A stretch of DNA of 64,000 bases from Desulfuromonadales bacterium (lineage in GTDB: Bacteria > Desulfobacterota > Desulfuromonadia > Desulfuromonadales > SZUA-540): contig JAWSUS010000014.1 of the NCBI GenBank assembly GCA_033549025.1, positions 1 through 64,000 of the forward strand. The letters are read 5' to 3'. Below the pieces are notes generated by a model. That model did no database searches. It was not told the DNA's origin and worked only from the letters and a program-made list of their open reading frames with translations. Shown in pieces: positions 46,816-57,186 of this stretch. How positions within the stretch are numbered: the first letter of the stretch is position 1; every line of letters begins with the position of its first letter. The translations under genes were made by a program, and so were the position numbers.

Positions 46816-48390
46816 ATGGCGGAAGAGAAGAAAAAAATGCCTGCCGAAGGGCAGGAAAAAAAGACGCTGCTGCAGATGCTCAACGAGTGGCCCCTGTCGC
46901 GCAAGCTCAGCCTGGTGGCTGTGGTTCTCGTCTGCGTGGCGCTCTTTGCCACCCTCATTGTGCAGGCGCGGGTCGCTGATTACCGCCTGCTGTTTGCCAA
47001 CCTGTCCGACAGCGACGCGTCCTCGGTGGTCTCCTGGCTGAAAGAGCGCAAGATTCCCTACCGTTTCGACGACGGCGGGCGCTCCATCCAGGTTCCGGCC
47101 GACCAGGTCTACGAGGTGCGCATCGAGTTGGCCGGTTCGGGCATCCCCCAGGGGGGCGGCATCGGCTTCGAGCTTTTCGACAAGCAGAGCTTCGGCATGA
47201 CCGACTTTGCCCAAAAAGTCAATTATCAGAGGGCCCTGCAGGGCGAGCTGTCCCGAACCATCACCTCGCTGGCGCCGGTGGAAGGCGCGCGGGTCCATCT
47301 GGCCCTGCCGGAAAAGCGCCTGTTCAAGGAGCAGCAGAAAGACGCCACCGCCTCGGTCATCCTCAAGCTGGCCGCCGGCCAGAAGCTTAAGGAAGGACAG
47401 ATTCAGGGGATCATCAACCTGGTGGCGGGCAGTATCGAAGGCCTGGAGGCCGAGAACGTCACGGTCATCGATTCGAGCGGCGGCGTGCTGTCCCGTCGCA
47501 GTCAGGAAGGGCCGAGCGGACCCATGACACCCGGCATGCTCGATTACCAGCAGATGCTGGAGCGGCGGCTGGAAGAGCGGGCGCAATCCCTGCTTGACCG
47601 GGCTCTGGGCGTCAGCAACTCCCTGGTCAAGGTGACGGCCGAGGTTGACTTCTCTCAGGTGGAGAAAGTCGAGGAGTTGTACGATCCCAAGGGTGCGGTG
47701 CCCCGCAGCGAGCAGGTCTCGGAAGAATCCTCCGGCGCCGAAGTCAATGGCGGTATCCCCGGTGTGGCCGCCAATGTGGGCGGAGCCGCCGCCACGGCGG
47801 GCGCGGTGCCCAGCAACCGCAGTTCTGAAACGATCAATTACGAAATCAGCAAGGTGGTCAATCGCATTGTGGAGCCGGTGGGGACGGTCAAGGCCCTGTC
47901 TGTGGCGGTGCTGGTCGCCGACCGCCTGGTGCCCGGCGCCGAAGGGGAGTCGTCCAGCTACGCGCCGCGCAATGAGCAGGAGCTGCTCTCCATCGAGAAT
48001 ATGGTCAAAAGCGCCCTGGGCATCGATCAGGGCCGGGGTGATCAGATCCAGGTTGTTTCCATGCCTTTTGAGAGCGGTTTCGCCGACGAGATCGTTTCGA
48101 CCCCGGGTCCGGCACCTTCCCTCTACGACTACCTGCCCTTTGTCAAGTACGGTCTGATCCTTCTGGGCGGCCTGCTTGCCTACTTCCTGCTGGTGCGCCC
48201 GCTGCTGCGCACCCTCAAGGGCGATGTGACGGAACATTACAAGACCGTCGAACAGCTTGAAGCCGAATTGCTGACCCACGACACCGCCCATTCCGCCACG
48301 GTTGACCCGGCCCAGCAGTTGCGTACGGCGACGATTGAAGGGAAAACCACCCCGGCTCAGGTGATCAAGACCTGGCTCAAAGAAGGATGA
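46816..48390 (+). CDS. fliF: Flagellar M-ring protein FliF
   Basis: GFELFD, RALQGELSRTI, ARVHLALP, two TM segments. Confidence 0.96.
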   Translation: MAEEKKKMPAEGQEKKTLLQMLNEWPLSRKLSLVAVVLVCVALFATLIVQARVADYRLLFANLSDSDASSVVSWLKERKIPYRFDDGGRSIQVPADQVYEVRIELAGSGIPQGGGIGFELFDKQSFGMTDFAQKVNYQRALQGELSRTITSLAPVEGARVHLALPEKRLFKEQQKDATASVILKLAAGQKLKEGQIQGIINLVAGSIEGLEAENVTVIDSSGGVLSRRSQEGPSGPMTPGMLDYQQMLERRLEERAQSLLDRALGVSNSLVKVTAEVDFSQVEKVEELYDPKGAVPRSEQVSEESSGAEVNGGIPGVAANVGGAAATAGAVPSNRSSETINYEISKVVNRIVEPVGTVKALSVAVLVADRLVPGAEGESSSYAPRNEQELLSIENMVKSALGIDQGRGDQIQVVSMPFESGFADEIVSTPGPAPSLYDYLPFVKYGLILLGGLLAYFLLVRPLLRTLKGDVTEHYKTVEQLEAELLTHDTAHSATVDPAQQLRTATIEGKTTPAQVIKTWLKEG

Positions 48391-48408
48391 TAGAGGTAGG
48401 ACACGAAC

Positions 48409-49431
48409 ATGGCAAAAGCGCCTGCACAATTTTATGATTTGTCTGGAGTGGAAAAAGCGGCCATGCTCCTTCTCTGTCTGGGGGAGAGAGCCACTTCCAT
48501 GGTATTCAAGGAGCTGTCCGACGCCGAGGTGAGGGCCATCAGCCGCTGCATGGTGAGCATGGAGCACGTGCCGGCACCCCTGGCGCGCGAGGTCATCGCC
48601 GCCTATGAAAAGGCCCAGGTCGAATACGCCGGCATCTTCGTCAAGGGGGATGAGTTCGTCAAGAACGCCATCTCCGAATCGGGCGATCCTAAGCGCATCG
48701 AGCAGCTCATGGAGCAGGTGGCCGCCGCCACCGAAAAGCGCCCGCTGGAGACCATCGCCCTCATGCAGCCCCGGGTGGTGGCAAGCCTGCTGGCCAGCGA
48801 GCATCCTCAGACCATGGCCCTGATCCTGTCGACGCAAAAGGCTGACCACACCAGCCGCATCCTTTCCTATCTCCCCGATGACGTGAAATCGGACGTCATG
48901 TACCGCATTGCCAAAATCGAGCAGGTTTCTCCCGATGTCATCAAGCACATCGAAGATGCCCTGCAGCGGGAAATCGGCGTCGTCTCGGACAAGGAGCAGC
49001 AGGAGCTGGGCGGCATCGATACGGTGGTCGATATCCTGGCTCGCATGGAAAAGGGGGCCGACCGCAATATCCTGACGCGCATCGACGAGGTGGATCCCGA
49101 GATGGCCGAAGCCATCCGCAAAAAGATGTTCACCTTCGACGACCTGGTCATGCTCGACAATCCCTCCCTGCAGAAGATCCTGCGCGAGGTCGACAACGAC
49201 ACCCTCACGCTGGCTCTCAAGGCCGCCACCCAGGAGGTCAAGGAGAAGATCTTCAGCAACATCTCCATCCGCGCGGCGGAGATGATCGAAGAGGAACTCG
49301 AAGCCATGGGGCCGGTGCGGCTGTCCGAGGTGGAGTCGATGCAGCAGACCATCGTCAAGATTGCGCTGCGTTTGGAAGAAGAAGGTACACTGATTATCCC
49401 GGGTCGGGGCGGAGACGATGTCCTTGTCTAA
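48409..49431 (+). CDS. fliG: Flagellar motor switch protein FliG
   Basis: EHPQTMALIL, MFTFDDL, GPVRLSEVE. Confidence 0.96.
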   Translation: MAKAPAQFYDLSGVEKAAMLLLCLGERATSMVFKELSDAEVRAISRCMVSMEHVPAPLAREVIAAYEKAQVEYAGIFVKGDEFVKNAISESGDPKRIEQLMEQVAAATEKRPLETIALMQPRVVASLLASEHPQTMALILSTQKADHTSRILSYLPDDVKSDVMYRIAKIEQVSPDVIKHIEDALQREIGVVSDKEQQELGGIDTVVDILARMEKGADRNILTRIDEVDPEMAEAIRKKMFTFDDLVMLDNPSLQKILREVDNDTLTLALKAATQEVKEKIFSNISIRAAEMIEEELEAMGPVRLSEVESMQQTIVKIALRLEEEGTLIIPGRGGDDVLV

Positions 49432-50101
49432 AATTTATCGCAGCACGGAAAACAGCTTCTTTGAACCGATTCTCTTTGCCGATTTCGACGGCGGAAGTGA
49501 TTTTGGTGTCGACGAGGCCCGAGATGAATCCGCCCTGCCGTCTGAGGCGAAACCCGCGAACCCTTCTTCGCCGGAACCGGTGTCCTCCCCGCCTGTCGAT
49601 GTCGAAGCTTTGGAAAAAGCTGCATTTGAAAGGGGGCGTCAGGCTGGGCGGCAGGAAACTGAGGCCCTGCTCGGACAAAGCGCCCAGGCTTTGGCCGAAG
49701 CGGCCCTGGAGATCAGCCAGCTGCGGGAGTCCCTCCATAAAAGCAGCGTCGAGGACATGCTGCGGCTGGTGATGGCCATTGCCGAGCGGGTGATTCATGT
49801 CGAAGTGGAAAAGCACAGCGGGATGATCGTCGACGTGATTGAGAGGGCCTTGAAGGCCGCCATCAAGGCCGATGAGTACCATATCCGGGTCAATCCCCAG
49901 GATCTGGAGGTGGTCAAAGAGAAAAAACCCCTCTTCATCGCCAGCATCAGCGGTCTCAAAAACATCATCTTTGAAGGCGATGCCGCCATCGCCCGCGGTG
50001 GCTGTCTGGTCGAGTCGACCCTCGGACAGGTGGACGCCACCCTCGAAAGCCAACTGGCGCAGATCCGCCAGCATCTGGCCGAGCAGACAGGCGGCGAGTA
50101 G
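49418..50101 (+). CDS. fliH: Flagellar assembly protein FliH
   Basis: AxxxGxxxG repeat, IRVNPQD, GGCLVES..GQVDA. Lies between fliG and fliI. Confidence 0.9.
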   Translation: MSLSKIYRSTENSFFEPILFADFDGGSDFGVDEARDESALPSEAKPANPSSPEPVSSPPVDVEALEKAAFERGRQAGRQETEALLGQSAQALAEAALEISQLRESLHKSSVEDMLRLVMAIAERVIHVEVEKHSGMIVDVIERALKAAIKADEYHIRVNPQDLEVVKEKKPLFIASISGLKNIIFEGDAAIARGGCLVESTLGQVDATLESQLAQIRQHLAEQTGGE

Positions 50102-51426
50102 TGAAGGAGCTGGCCGCCTCCATAGAGCACCTCAATCTGCTTCAGGTGCGGGGCAAGGTCACCAAGATCGTCGGCCTGGTGGTGGAGGGCTATTGCCCCA
50201 ACGCCTCCGTCGGCACGCTGTGTGAGCTGACCCCCCTCGATGGCGGCGACCCCGTGCCGGCCGAAGTGGTTGGTTTCCGCGAGTCCCGTGCCCTGCTCAT
50301 GCCCTTGGGGGAACTGCGCGGTCTGGGGCCGGGCAGCCTCATCCGCGTCTGTCAGAGCAGCGCTTCCATGGAGGTCGGCGAAGAACTGCTCGGCCGGGTG
50401 ATCGACGCCATGGGCCAACCGATGGATGGCGGTCCTCCCCTCGACCTCAGCCGGCGCCTCCCCCTGTATGCCCTTCCGCCCGGTCCCATGCAACGCAAGA
50501 AAATCGACCAGCCCCTCGACCTGGGCGTGCGCGCCATCAACGGCCTGCTCACCTGCGGCATCGGCCAGCGCCTGGGCGTCATGGCCGGCTCCGGGGTGGG
50601 CAAGAGCGTGCTGCTGGGGACCATGGCCAAGCACGCCCGCGCCGATGTCAACGTCATCGCCCTAGTCGGGGAACGTGGCCGCGAGGTCATGGAGTTTATC
50701 GAGCGCGACCTGGGTCCCGAAGGGTTGGCCCGCTCCGTGGTCGTCGTCGCCACTTCCGACCAGTCGCCGCTGCTGCGCATGCGCGGGGCTTTTGTTGCCA
50801 CCACCATCGCCGAATACTTCTGTGGCCAAGGTCAGGATGTCCTCATGATGATGGATTCGGTCACCCGTTTTGCCATGGCCATGCGCGAGGTCGGCCTGGC
50901 CGTCGGCGAGCCGCCCACCACCAAAGGCTACACTCCCTCGGTCTTTGCCATGCTTCCCAAGCTGCTCGAACGGGCCGGCAGCTTTGCCGGCTGCGGCAGT
51001 ATCACTGCCCTCTATACGGTGCTGGTGGAAGGGGACGACATGAACGAGCCGGTGGCCGATGCCGTCCGTTCGATCCTCGACGGCCATATTGTCCTCTCCC
51101 GCGACCTGGCCGCCAAAAACCACTATCCGGCCATCGATGTCATGGTGTCCGCCAGTCGCGTCATGCGTGAAATTGTCGATCCCGAGCACGTCAAGCTGGC
51201 GGGCCAGCTGCGGGAGATCCTGGCGACCTACCGCGAGGCCGAGGATCTCATCAATATCGGTGCCTATGCCAACGGCAGCAACCCCAAGATCGATTACGCC
51301 CTGACCCGCATCGAGGCCGTCAACGACTTCCTCTGCCAGGGAATGGATGAGGCCGTGGATCTGGAATCAACCTTGGAACAGCTCCGCCAGGTCGTGCTGG
51401 ATCGTCGTCAAAAGCTGCGGGAATAA
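50101..51426 (+). CDS. fliI: Flagellar export ATPase FliI
   Basis: [30 protein letters not shown]. Confidence 0.96.
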   Translation: MKELAASIEHLNLLQVRGKVTKIVGLVVEGYCPNASVGTLCELTPLDGGDPVPAEVVGFRESRALLMPLGELRGLGPGSLIRVCQSSASMEVGEELLGRVIDAMGQPMDGGPPLDLSRRLPLYALPPGPMQRKKIDQPLDLGVRAINGLLTCGIGQRLGVMAGSGVGKSVLLGTMAKHARADVNVIALVGERGREVMEFIERDLGPEGLARSVVVVATSDQSPLLRMRGAFVATTIAEYFCGQGQDVLMMMDSVTRFAMAMREVGLAVGEPPTTKGYTPSVFAMLPKLLERAGSFAGCGSITALYTVLVEGDDMNEPVADAVRSILDGHIVLSRDLAAKNHYPAIDVMVSASRVMREIVDPEHVKLAGQLREILATYREAEDLINIGAYANGSNPKIDYALTRIEAVNDFLCQGMDEAVDLESTLEQLRQVVLDRRQKLRE

Positions 51427-51447
51427 CCACCCCCGCGAGGTCCCGTC

Positions 51448-51882
51448 ATGAAGCCGTTCAAACTCGAATCCGTCCTGAACTATCGCCGCATTCTCGAGGA
51501 CCAGGCCCAGCAGAAGCTGGCCGAGGCTTTTGACCGCGAGTCTGCCCTCATCACCGAAATCAACCGCGAGGAAGAAGAGCTGCGCCAGCTTTACAGTGCA
51601 CGGGAACAGCGCCAGCAGGTGGGTATGACGGTGCACGAGATGCAGTTGTACGAAACCCGCATCAGCCACCAGGTTCAGCAGTTGGCGGCTCTCGTCGATG
51701 CCCTTGAACTCTGCCGGGAGGCCATTACCGCCTGTCGGGAAAAGCTGTGCGAGGCCAGCCGCGAAAAAAAACTGATGGAAAAAGTCAAAGAAAAACATCT
51801 GCAGGAACAGCAGCGGACCATGAACCGTCGGGAGGCCAAAGACCTCGACGAACTGGCCGTTCTTTTTCATCCCAAGGATTAA
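51448..51882 (+). CDS. fliJ: Flagellar export protein FliJ
   Basis: FKLESVLNYR, coiled coil, EAKDLDE. Follows fliI. Confidence 0.9.
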   Translation: MKPFKLESVLNYRRILEDQAQQKLAEAFDRESALITEINREEEELRQLYSAREQRQQVGMTVHEMQLYETRISHQVQQLAALVDALELCREAITACREKLCEASREKKLMEKVKEKHLQEQQRTMNRREAKDLDELAVLFHPKD

Positions 51883-51885
51883 GTC

Positions 51886-52398
51886 ATGAAGAATCTTCGT
51901 CTATTGCCCTTTCTTTTCGCCTGCCTTGCTACCGCGTTGCTCCTCGGGCCCTCTCTGCTCTGGGCCCAGACCGAATCGCCCGCCCTGCAGCCGATCCAGT
52001 CCGTCGAAGAGCGTCGGATTCTCTTTTCCCTGCAGGAAGAGCGGACCCGCCTGGAGGAAAGGGACCGGCAGCTCGACCAGCGTGAAATGGAACTAAAGTC
52101 TTTGCAGGCCGAGGTCGATAAGAAGCTGGACGAGTTGAATGTTTTGCGTCAGCAGTTCGAACAGCTGCTGGCGGAACGGGATAACCGGGAAGCGGAGCGC
52201 CTTGAAGAGTTGAGCCTGATGTACGAAAAAATGGACCCCGTCAAGGCGGCGGCCATTGTCTCGACACTGGACGAAGAGCTGGCCATCGGTATTCTGGCCG
52301 GGATGCGCAAGAAATCGGCGGGCAAACTGCTCAACAACATGGAACGCAAGAAGGCGGCCAGCCTAAGCCGCCGTTTCAGCAGTATCGAACCGGAGTAA
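51886..52398 (+). CDS. MotE/MgtE-N-like flagellar periplasmic protein
   Basis: Signal peptide, coiled coil, YEKMDPVKAAAI..ILAGM..AGKLL. Confidence 0.8.
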   Translation: MKNLRLLPFLFACLATALLLGPSLLWAQTESPALQPIQSVEERRILFSLQEERTRLEERDRQLDQREMELKSLQAEVDKKLDELNVLRQQFEQLLAERDNREAERLEELSLMYEKMDPVKAAAIVSTLDEELAIGILAGMRKKSAGKLLNNMERKKAASLSRRFSSIEPE

Positions 52399-52460
52399 TC
52401 GCCGGTTTTGCAGGGCCCCCTGCCCGCAGGGGAATGTCAAAAAGAAAGGAGGTGAATACG

Positions 52461-53756
52461 ATGATGAACATGATGCCTATGGCAACAATGACCAGTCAGC
52501 CCATGCCAGGGCGGACCGGCGGCGGTAAAGGACCGCCGGCCGGAGATTTTCTCCCTTTTCTGCAACAGGCCCCGGGAGAGGGGCTCGCCTGGAACGGCAA
52601 CGACGCGTCCCAGGATCTGTTGGCGGCGATGCTGGCTGCCAGTCTGGGGATGGTTCCGACGCCAGGATCGAGTGAAGTTCTTCTCCCAACGCAGCAGCAG
52701 GGGAATCTGCCCATCGGTGACGGCTCTATGCGGCCAGGTCAAAACGTTCTGGCCATGGACTGCTCGCAACAGCAGAATCCCTTTGTCTTTTCCGGTCAGG
52801 AACTGAAGGCGGCTGATGCAGAAGGGACGTCCCAAGGCAAGGGTGCCGTGATGGCTGGGGCGGACCTGTCTAACCAGGAGGCTGACTTTGACCTGAGGAG
52901 TTTCATGGCCAAAGCCGAAGGCAAATCCGCAGAGGCAACCGGTGGGGAAGGCAAGGGGGCGGCCCCCCTGTCCGACAGCCGTTTTGCCGAAATCCTCGGC
53001 AGCAAACCCGTGGAGCTCAAATATGAAACGGGGGGGACTAGCAAGGACTCAGCCGGAAATCCGGCTCTGCGTTTGGCTCAAAACAGCCAGATCGAAGAGG
53101 CGGCCGCTGAACCGACGTTGTCTTTGGATGTTGCTGCCGACGAGTCTGGAGAAGTTCCTGAACTTTCTCTCGACCATAAGTCGACCGCCACTGGCGAGAT
53201 CGACGGATTTACCCACAAGGGGCAGGACTCTCTGCTGGCCGACACCGGCCGACCTCAGCAGGCTCCGGTTACGGGCTCTGAGGCCAAAAGCCCGGAAATC
53301 CGGCTGAACTCGGGCGCGGTGATCAACGAAAACCGCATCGTCGAGCAGACGATCGACAAATTTGCGGTGAACCAGGCCAAGGAGACCGGCAGCGTCACCC
53401 TGCGTCTGCACCCGGAAGAACTGGGGCAGGTCAAGGTGGAACTGGTGATGGACAAGGATAGTGTCCGTGCCCATCTGCATGCGCAGAGCCAGCAGGTTCA
53501 GGAAGTGCTCGAACGTCACCTGCCCCGTCTGCGCGATGCGCTCGAACAGCAAGGTCTGAAGATCGACCAGCTGCAGGTCAGTGTCGATTCCCAGCACAAC
53601 GGGAACCGGGAGACCTTTCAGCAGCACGAGCAGCAGCGGTTCGCCGGATTCCAGAAAATGCCTGCTTCTCTGGCGGGATATAAGGGCGAACCGGTCGCAG
53701 CATCCACGACTCAGGCGCCGACCCGACAGGGCTCGGGATTGAGCCTGAGAATCTGA
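52461..53756 (+). CDS. fliK: Flagellar hook-length control protein FliK
   Basis: Low-complexity N-terminus. [26 protein letters not shown]. Confidence 0.9.
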   Translation: MMNMMPMATMTSQPMPGRTGGGKGPPAGDFLPFLQQAPGEGLAWNGNDASQDLLAAMLAASLGMVPTPGSSEVLLPTQQQGNLPIGDGSMRPGQNVLAMDCSQQQNPFVFSGQELKAADAEGTSQGKGAVMAGADLSNQEADFDLRSFMAKAEGKSAEATGGEGKGAAPLSDSRFAEILGSKPVELKYETGGTSKDSAGNPALRLAQNSQIEEAAAEPTLSLDVAADESGEVPELSLDHKSTATGEIDGFTHKGQDSLLADTGRPQQAPVTGSEAKSPEIRLNSGAVINENRIVEQTIDKFAVNQAKETGSVTLRLHPEELGQVKVELVMDKDSVRAHLHAQSQQVQEVLERHLPRLRDALEQQGLKIDQLQVSVDSQHNGNRETFQQHEQQRFAGFQKMPASLAGYKGEPVAASTTQAPTRQGSGLSLRI

Positions 53757-53779
53757 CAGAAAGGAGGCGAGTCAAAATA

Positions 53780-54454
53780 ATGGCAGATATCAGTAGCATC
53801 ACCGGTACCAACACCAGCGCCACCTCGGCCCTGTCCAATCTGGGCGGCACCACCATGGGCAAGGATGATTTTCTCAAGCTCCTGGTGGCCCAGTTGCAGA
53901 ATCAGGATCCGCTCAACCCGCAGGACGCCACCGAGTTCACGGCCCAGATGGCCCAGTTCAGCTCTCTGGAACAGCTCATCGGCATCAACGAAGGGATCGG
54001 CGGCCTGTCGGCGGCCAGCGGCGAAGTGGAAAAGCTCTCGGCCCTGACCCTCATCGGCAAGGGCATCGTCGCCAATTCGGCGGGCTTCCAACTCGGCGAA
54101 GGGGGCAGTCTCGATGGCCGTATCGGGTATCGTCTGGCTGACGCCGCCGCCGAAGTGAACGTGGCCGTACTCAACGCCAACGGCCAGGCGGTAGCCACCA
54201 TCCCTTCCCTCGGCACGGGCGTCGGCGAGCATTTCGTCAACTGGGATGGCCGTGACGCCAGCGGTCAATCGCTGCCCGCCGGTCAGTATTACCTGGCGGT
54301 CATGGCGACGGACGGCAATGGGGATACCCTGCAGACGACCCCCCTGGTGGCAGGGACTATCGCCGGGGTCGATTTTGACGCCAAAGGGAGCCGCCTTTAC
54401 AGCGCCATCGGCGAGTTCCGCATGAGCGACGTGACCTCGGTGCGGGAGATCTAG
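53780..54454 (+). CDS. flgD: Flagellar hook capping protein FlgD
   Basis: [29 protein letters not shown]. Confidence 0.95.
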   Translation: MADISSITGTNTSATSALSNLGGTTMGKDDFLKLLVAQLQNQDPLNPQDATEFTAQMAQFSSLEQLIGINEGIGGLSAASGEVEKLSALTLIGKGIVANSAGFQLGEGGSLDGRIGYRLADAAAEVNVAVLNANGQAVATIPSLGTGVGEHFVNWDGRDASGQSLPAGQYYLAVMATDGNGDTLQTTPLVAGTIAGVDFDAKGSRLYSAIGEFRMSDVTSVREI

Positions 54455-54456
54455 CC

Positions 54457-54849
54457 ATGAACGACAAGGTCTTCCTCTATCCGAGGCCGATACTTCCCAG
54501 CGCGCCCAGCCCGGCCCGGCCAGCGGGCCGAACGGATGGCAGAACACAGGGTCCGTCCTTTGATCAGGTTTTGCAGCAGCAACTGGAGCCAAGCTCATCC
54601 CTGCGGTTTTCCAAACATGCGTTGAGTCGCATGGAAAGCCGTGGCATCCAGCTCAGCCCGGAAGCTATGAACCGCCTGGAAGAGGCGGTTAAAACGGTGG
54701 ACGCCAAGGGCAGCCGCGATTCCCTGGTGCTGCTCGACCAGACGGCTATGGTCGTCAGCGTCAAGAACAGTACCGTGGTGACGGTTGTCGACAGGGACAG
54801 CCTCAAAGGCAACGTCTTTACCAACATTGACAGCGCGATTATCGCTTAA
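54457..54849 (+). CDS. Flagellar operon protein (TIGR02530-like)
   Basis: LRFSKHALSRMESRGI, KGSRDSLVL, VFTNIDSA. Between flgD and flgE. Confidence 0.88.
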   Translation: MNDKVFLYPRPILPSAPSPARPAGRTDGRTQGPSFDQVLQQQLEPSSSLRFSKHALSRMESRGIQLSPEAMNRLEEAVKTVDAKGSRDSLVLLDQTAMVVSVKNSTVVTVVDRDSLKGNVFTNIDSAIIA

Positions 54850-54850
54850 C

Positions 54851-54904
54851 TGAACCGGTCCTCACAGAGGAGGTTCACGGAAAGCCAACCGACAGCGGCT
54901 TTCC
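54851..54904 (+). promoter_or_regulatory. Two-hairpin leader upstream of flgE (candidate cis-regulatory RNA)
   Basis: TGAACC-GGT-CCTC-ACA-GAGG-A-GGTTCA and GGAAAGCC..GGCTTTCC immediately before the GGAGG RBS. Confidence 0.45.
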
Positions 54905-54921
54905 CTTACGGAGGATAAAAC

Positions 54922-56187
54922 ATGGGTATCTCAAGCTCTCTTTACGCAGGCATCAGCGGTCTCAACGCCAACGGCAACGCCATGAGCGTTATCGGCAACA
55001 ACCTGGCCAATACCAATACTGTCGGTTTTAAATCGGGGCGCACTGTCTTCGCCGACATGCTCTCCAGTTCCATTTCGGGCTCCGGCGGCGCCTCCCAGGT
55101 CGGCCGCGGCGTCACCCTGTCGACGGTGGACAACATCTTCTCCCAGGGCACTTTCGAGACGACCGAGTCCAACACCGACCTCGCCCTGGAAGGCGAAGGC
55201 TTCTTCGTTGTCTCGGCGGCCGGTTCCAAGGAAAACCTTTACACCCGGGCCGGCGCCTTCGGCTTCGACAAGCAGGGTTACCTGGTCAATCCCGAGGGCT
55301 ACCGCGTGCAGGGCTATCCCTACGACGATAATGAAACCCTGCTCTCCACATTGGGAGACATTCGCGTCGACGGCACCTCTACGGTGCCGGCCAAGGCGAC
55401 TGCCGAGATGACCCTGAGCAACAACCTCGACTCTAATTCGGCAATTATTCCTGGTGGTTTTAGCCTGGCCGACCCGCAGGGGACGTCCAACTATTCCAGC
55501 TCCATCCAGGTCTATGACAGCCTCGGCAACACCCATCTGCTGACGACCTACTTCACCAAGACGGCCGACAACGAATGGGACTGGAATACCGTGGCCCTCG
55601 GCAGCGAGGTGGTCGGTGTGGATCCGGCCACCGAACCTCTGCTTCTCCTCGACAAGGATCCAGCTGCCATTTTGAGCTTTAACAGCGATGGCGCGCTGAC
55701 AGCGCCGGTCACTACTTCCCTGACCATGCCGGCCTGGCTCGGTGGTTCCGAGGCCGATGTGTCCGTAGACATCAACTTCAATGCCACCCAGTACGCCCGC
55801 GACTCCTCCACGGTCGGTCAGGAACAGGACGGCTTTTCCGCCGGTGACCTGGTCAAGGTGGCCATCGAAACCAGCGGCGACGTGGTAGCGAGTTACACCA
55901 ACGGCGAGCGTGTCGCCGTCGGCCGCATCGGCCTGGCCCGTTTCGCCAACATTGGCGGCCTGTTCAAGGAAGGGGGCAACCTCTACTCGGCTACGACCGC
56001 TTCGGGGCTGCCCAGCGACGCGGCAGCCAGCACCAAGATCTTCACCAACTCCCTGGAACAGTCCAACGTCGACATGGGACTGGAGTTCGTCAAAATGATC
56101 ACCACCCAGCGCGGTTTTCAGGCGAATTCCAAGATCATTACTACAACGGACGAAATGCTGGCCGAACTGATCAACCTCAAGCGCTAA
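54922..56187 (+). CDS. flgE: Flagellar hook protein FlgE
   Basis: GNNLANTNTVGFK, YTRAGAF, YDSLG, QRGFQANSK. Confidence 0.96.
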   Translation: MGISSSLYAGISGLNANGNAMSVIGNNLANTNTVGFKSGRTVFADMLSSSISGSGGASQVGRGVTLSTVDNIFSQGTFETTESNTDLALEGEGFFVVSAAGSKENLYTRAGAFGFDKQGYLVNPEGYRVQGYPYDDNETLLSTLGDIRVDGTSTVPAKATAEMTLSNNLDSNSAIIPGGFSLADPQGTSNYSSSIQVYDSLGNTHLLTTYFTKTADNEWDWNTVALGSEVVGVDPATEPLLLLDKDPAAILSFNSDGALTAPVTTSLTMPAWLGGSEADVSVDINFNATQYARDSSTVGQEQDGFSAGDLVKVAIETSGDVVASYTNGERVAVGRIGLARFANIGGLFKEGGNLYSATTASGLPSDAAASTKIFTNSLEQSNVDMGLEFVKMITTQRGFQANSKIITTTDEMLAELINLKR

Positions 56188-56204
56188 AAAGGCGGCCGGT
56201 TCGT

Positions 56205-56218
56205 GTCAAAATTATGAC
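56205..56218. promoter_or_regulatory. FleQ-like box upstream of the motA promoter
   Basis: GTCAAAATTATGAC about 100 bp before the -24 element. Confidence 0.55.
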
Positions 56219-56222
56219 CAGA

Positions 56223-56254
56223 GGAGCAGCTACCCGGTAGCTGCTCCTTTTTTT
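56223..56254 (+). terminator. Rho-independent terminator after flgE
   Basis: GGAGCAGCTAC-CCG-GTAGCTGCTCC-T7. Confidence 0.85.
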
Positions 56255-56314
56255 CTTGGCGTTTTTGCCGGTGTTTTCGGGCTTCAGCCGGGGACCGGCC
56301 TTTAAGCGTGCTGC

Positions 56315-56330
56315 TGGCATGTATTGTGCT
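56315..56330 (+). promoter_or_regulatory. sigma-54 promoter of the motAB-fliL...flhA operon
   Basis: TGGCATGTATTGTGCT, GG-N10-GC. Confidence 0.7.
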
Positions 56331-56388
56331 ATTGCAGGTGTCTGCATGCGCTGTGCGGAATTAACTTCAATCCTCTGAGGGTCAAGAG

Positions 56389-57159
56389 ATGGATCTGTCA
56401 ACCATTCTCGGAATAATGGCGGCCTTCGCCCTGATGATCTCGGCGATCATGATGGGCGGCTCCATCTTCCTGTTCATCAACATTCCATCCATTGTCATTG
56501 TATTGGGGGGAACCATCGGTGCCACTCTGGTGCATTATCCCTTCAAAAATGTCTTCCGGGCCTTTGCTGTTCTCAAAAAAGCCTTTTTTCACCAGAGCGA
56601 GTCGCCCAACGAGATCATTACGCGTCTGATCACGCTGGCCACCAAGGCCCGCAAGGAAGGCATTCTGTCCCTGCAGATGGCCATGTATGACATCGAGGAC
56701 GCCTTCTTTCTCAAAGGGCTGCAGATGGCCGTTGACGGGCAGGAGCCCGAAACGCTCAAGGAGATGCTTGACCGGGAGATCGAATATATTCAGGAGCGTC
56801 ACGAAGATGGCGCCGACATTTTTCTGGCCATGGGCACTTACGCGCCGGCCATGGGGATGATCGGCACCCTCATCGGTCTGGTGCAGATGCTGCAGACCAT
56901 GGACGATCCGTCCACCATCGGGCCGGCCATGGCCGTGGCCCTGCTGACGACCTTCTATGGCGCTGTTATCGCCAATGTCATCTGCATTCCCGTGGCCGGC
57001 AAGCTTAAGAACCGATCCCAATCGGAAGTGCTGCTTAAAACTCTCATCGCCGAAGGGATGAAATCGATCCTGGTCGGTGAAAATCCCCGCATCATGGAGC
57101 AGAAGCTGCACGCCTTCGTGGCGCCCCAGCTTCGCGAGAGTAACTTCAACAAAAAGTAA
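56389..57159 (+). CDS. motA: Flagellar stator A subunit (MotA/PomA)
   Basis: ARKEGILSL, APAMGMIGTLIGL, AVALLTTFYG, GENP. Confidence 0.95.
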   Translation: MDLSTILGIMAAFALMISAIMMGGSIFLFINIPSIVIVLGGTIGATLVHYPFKNVFRAFAVLKKAFFHQSESPNEIITRLITLATKARKEGILSLQMAMYDIEDAFFLKGLQMAVDGQEPETLKEMLDREIEYIQERHEDGADIFLAMGTYAPAMGMIGTLIGLVQMLQTMDDPSTIGPAMAVALLTTFYGAVIANVICIPVAGKLKNRSQSEVLLKTLIAEGMKSILVGENPRIMEQKLHAFVAPQLRESNFNKK

Positions 57160-57186
57160 CGATGGCTTGGCATTAAGGACGACACC

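Noticed and set aside
31270..48948. Long opposite-strand ORFs (31270-32700, 32734-34716, 40313-41857, 46753-48948)
   Set aside because: Antisense shadows of che/fli genes with no motifs.
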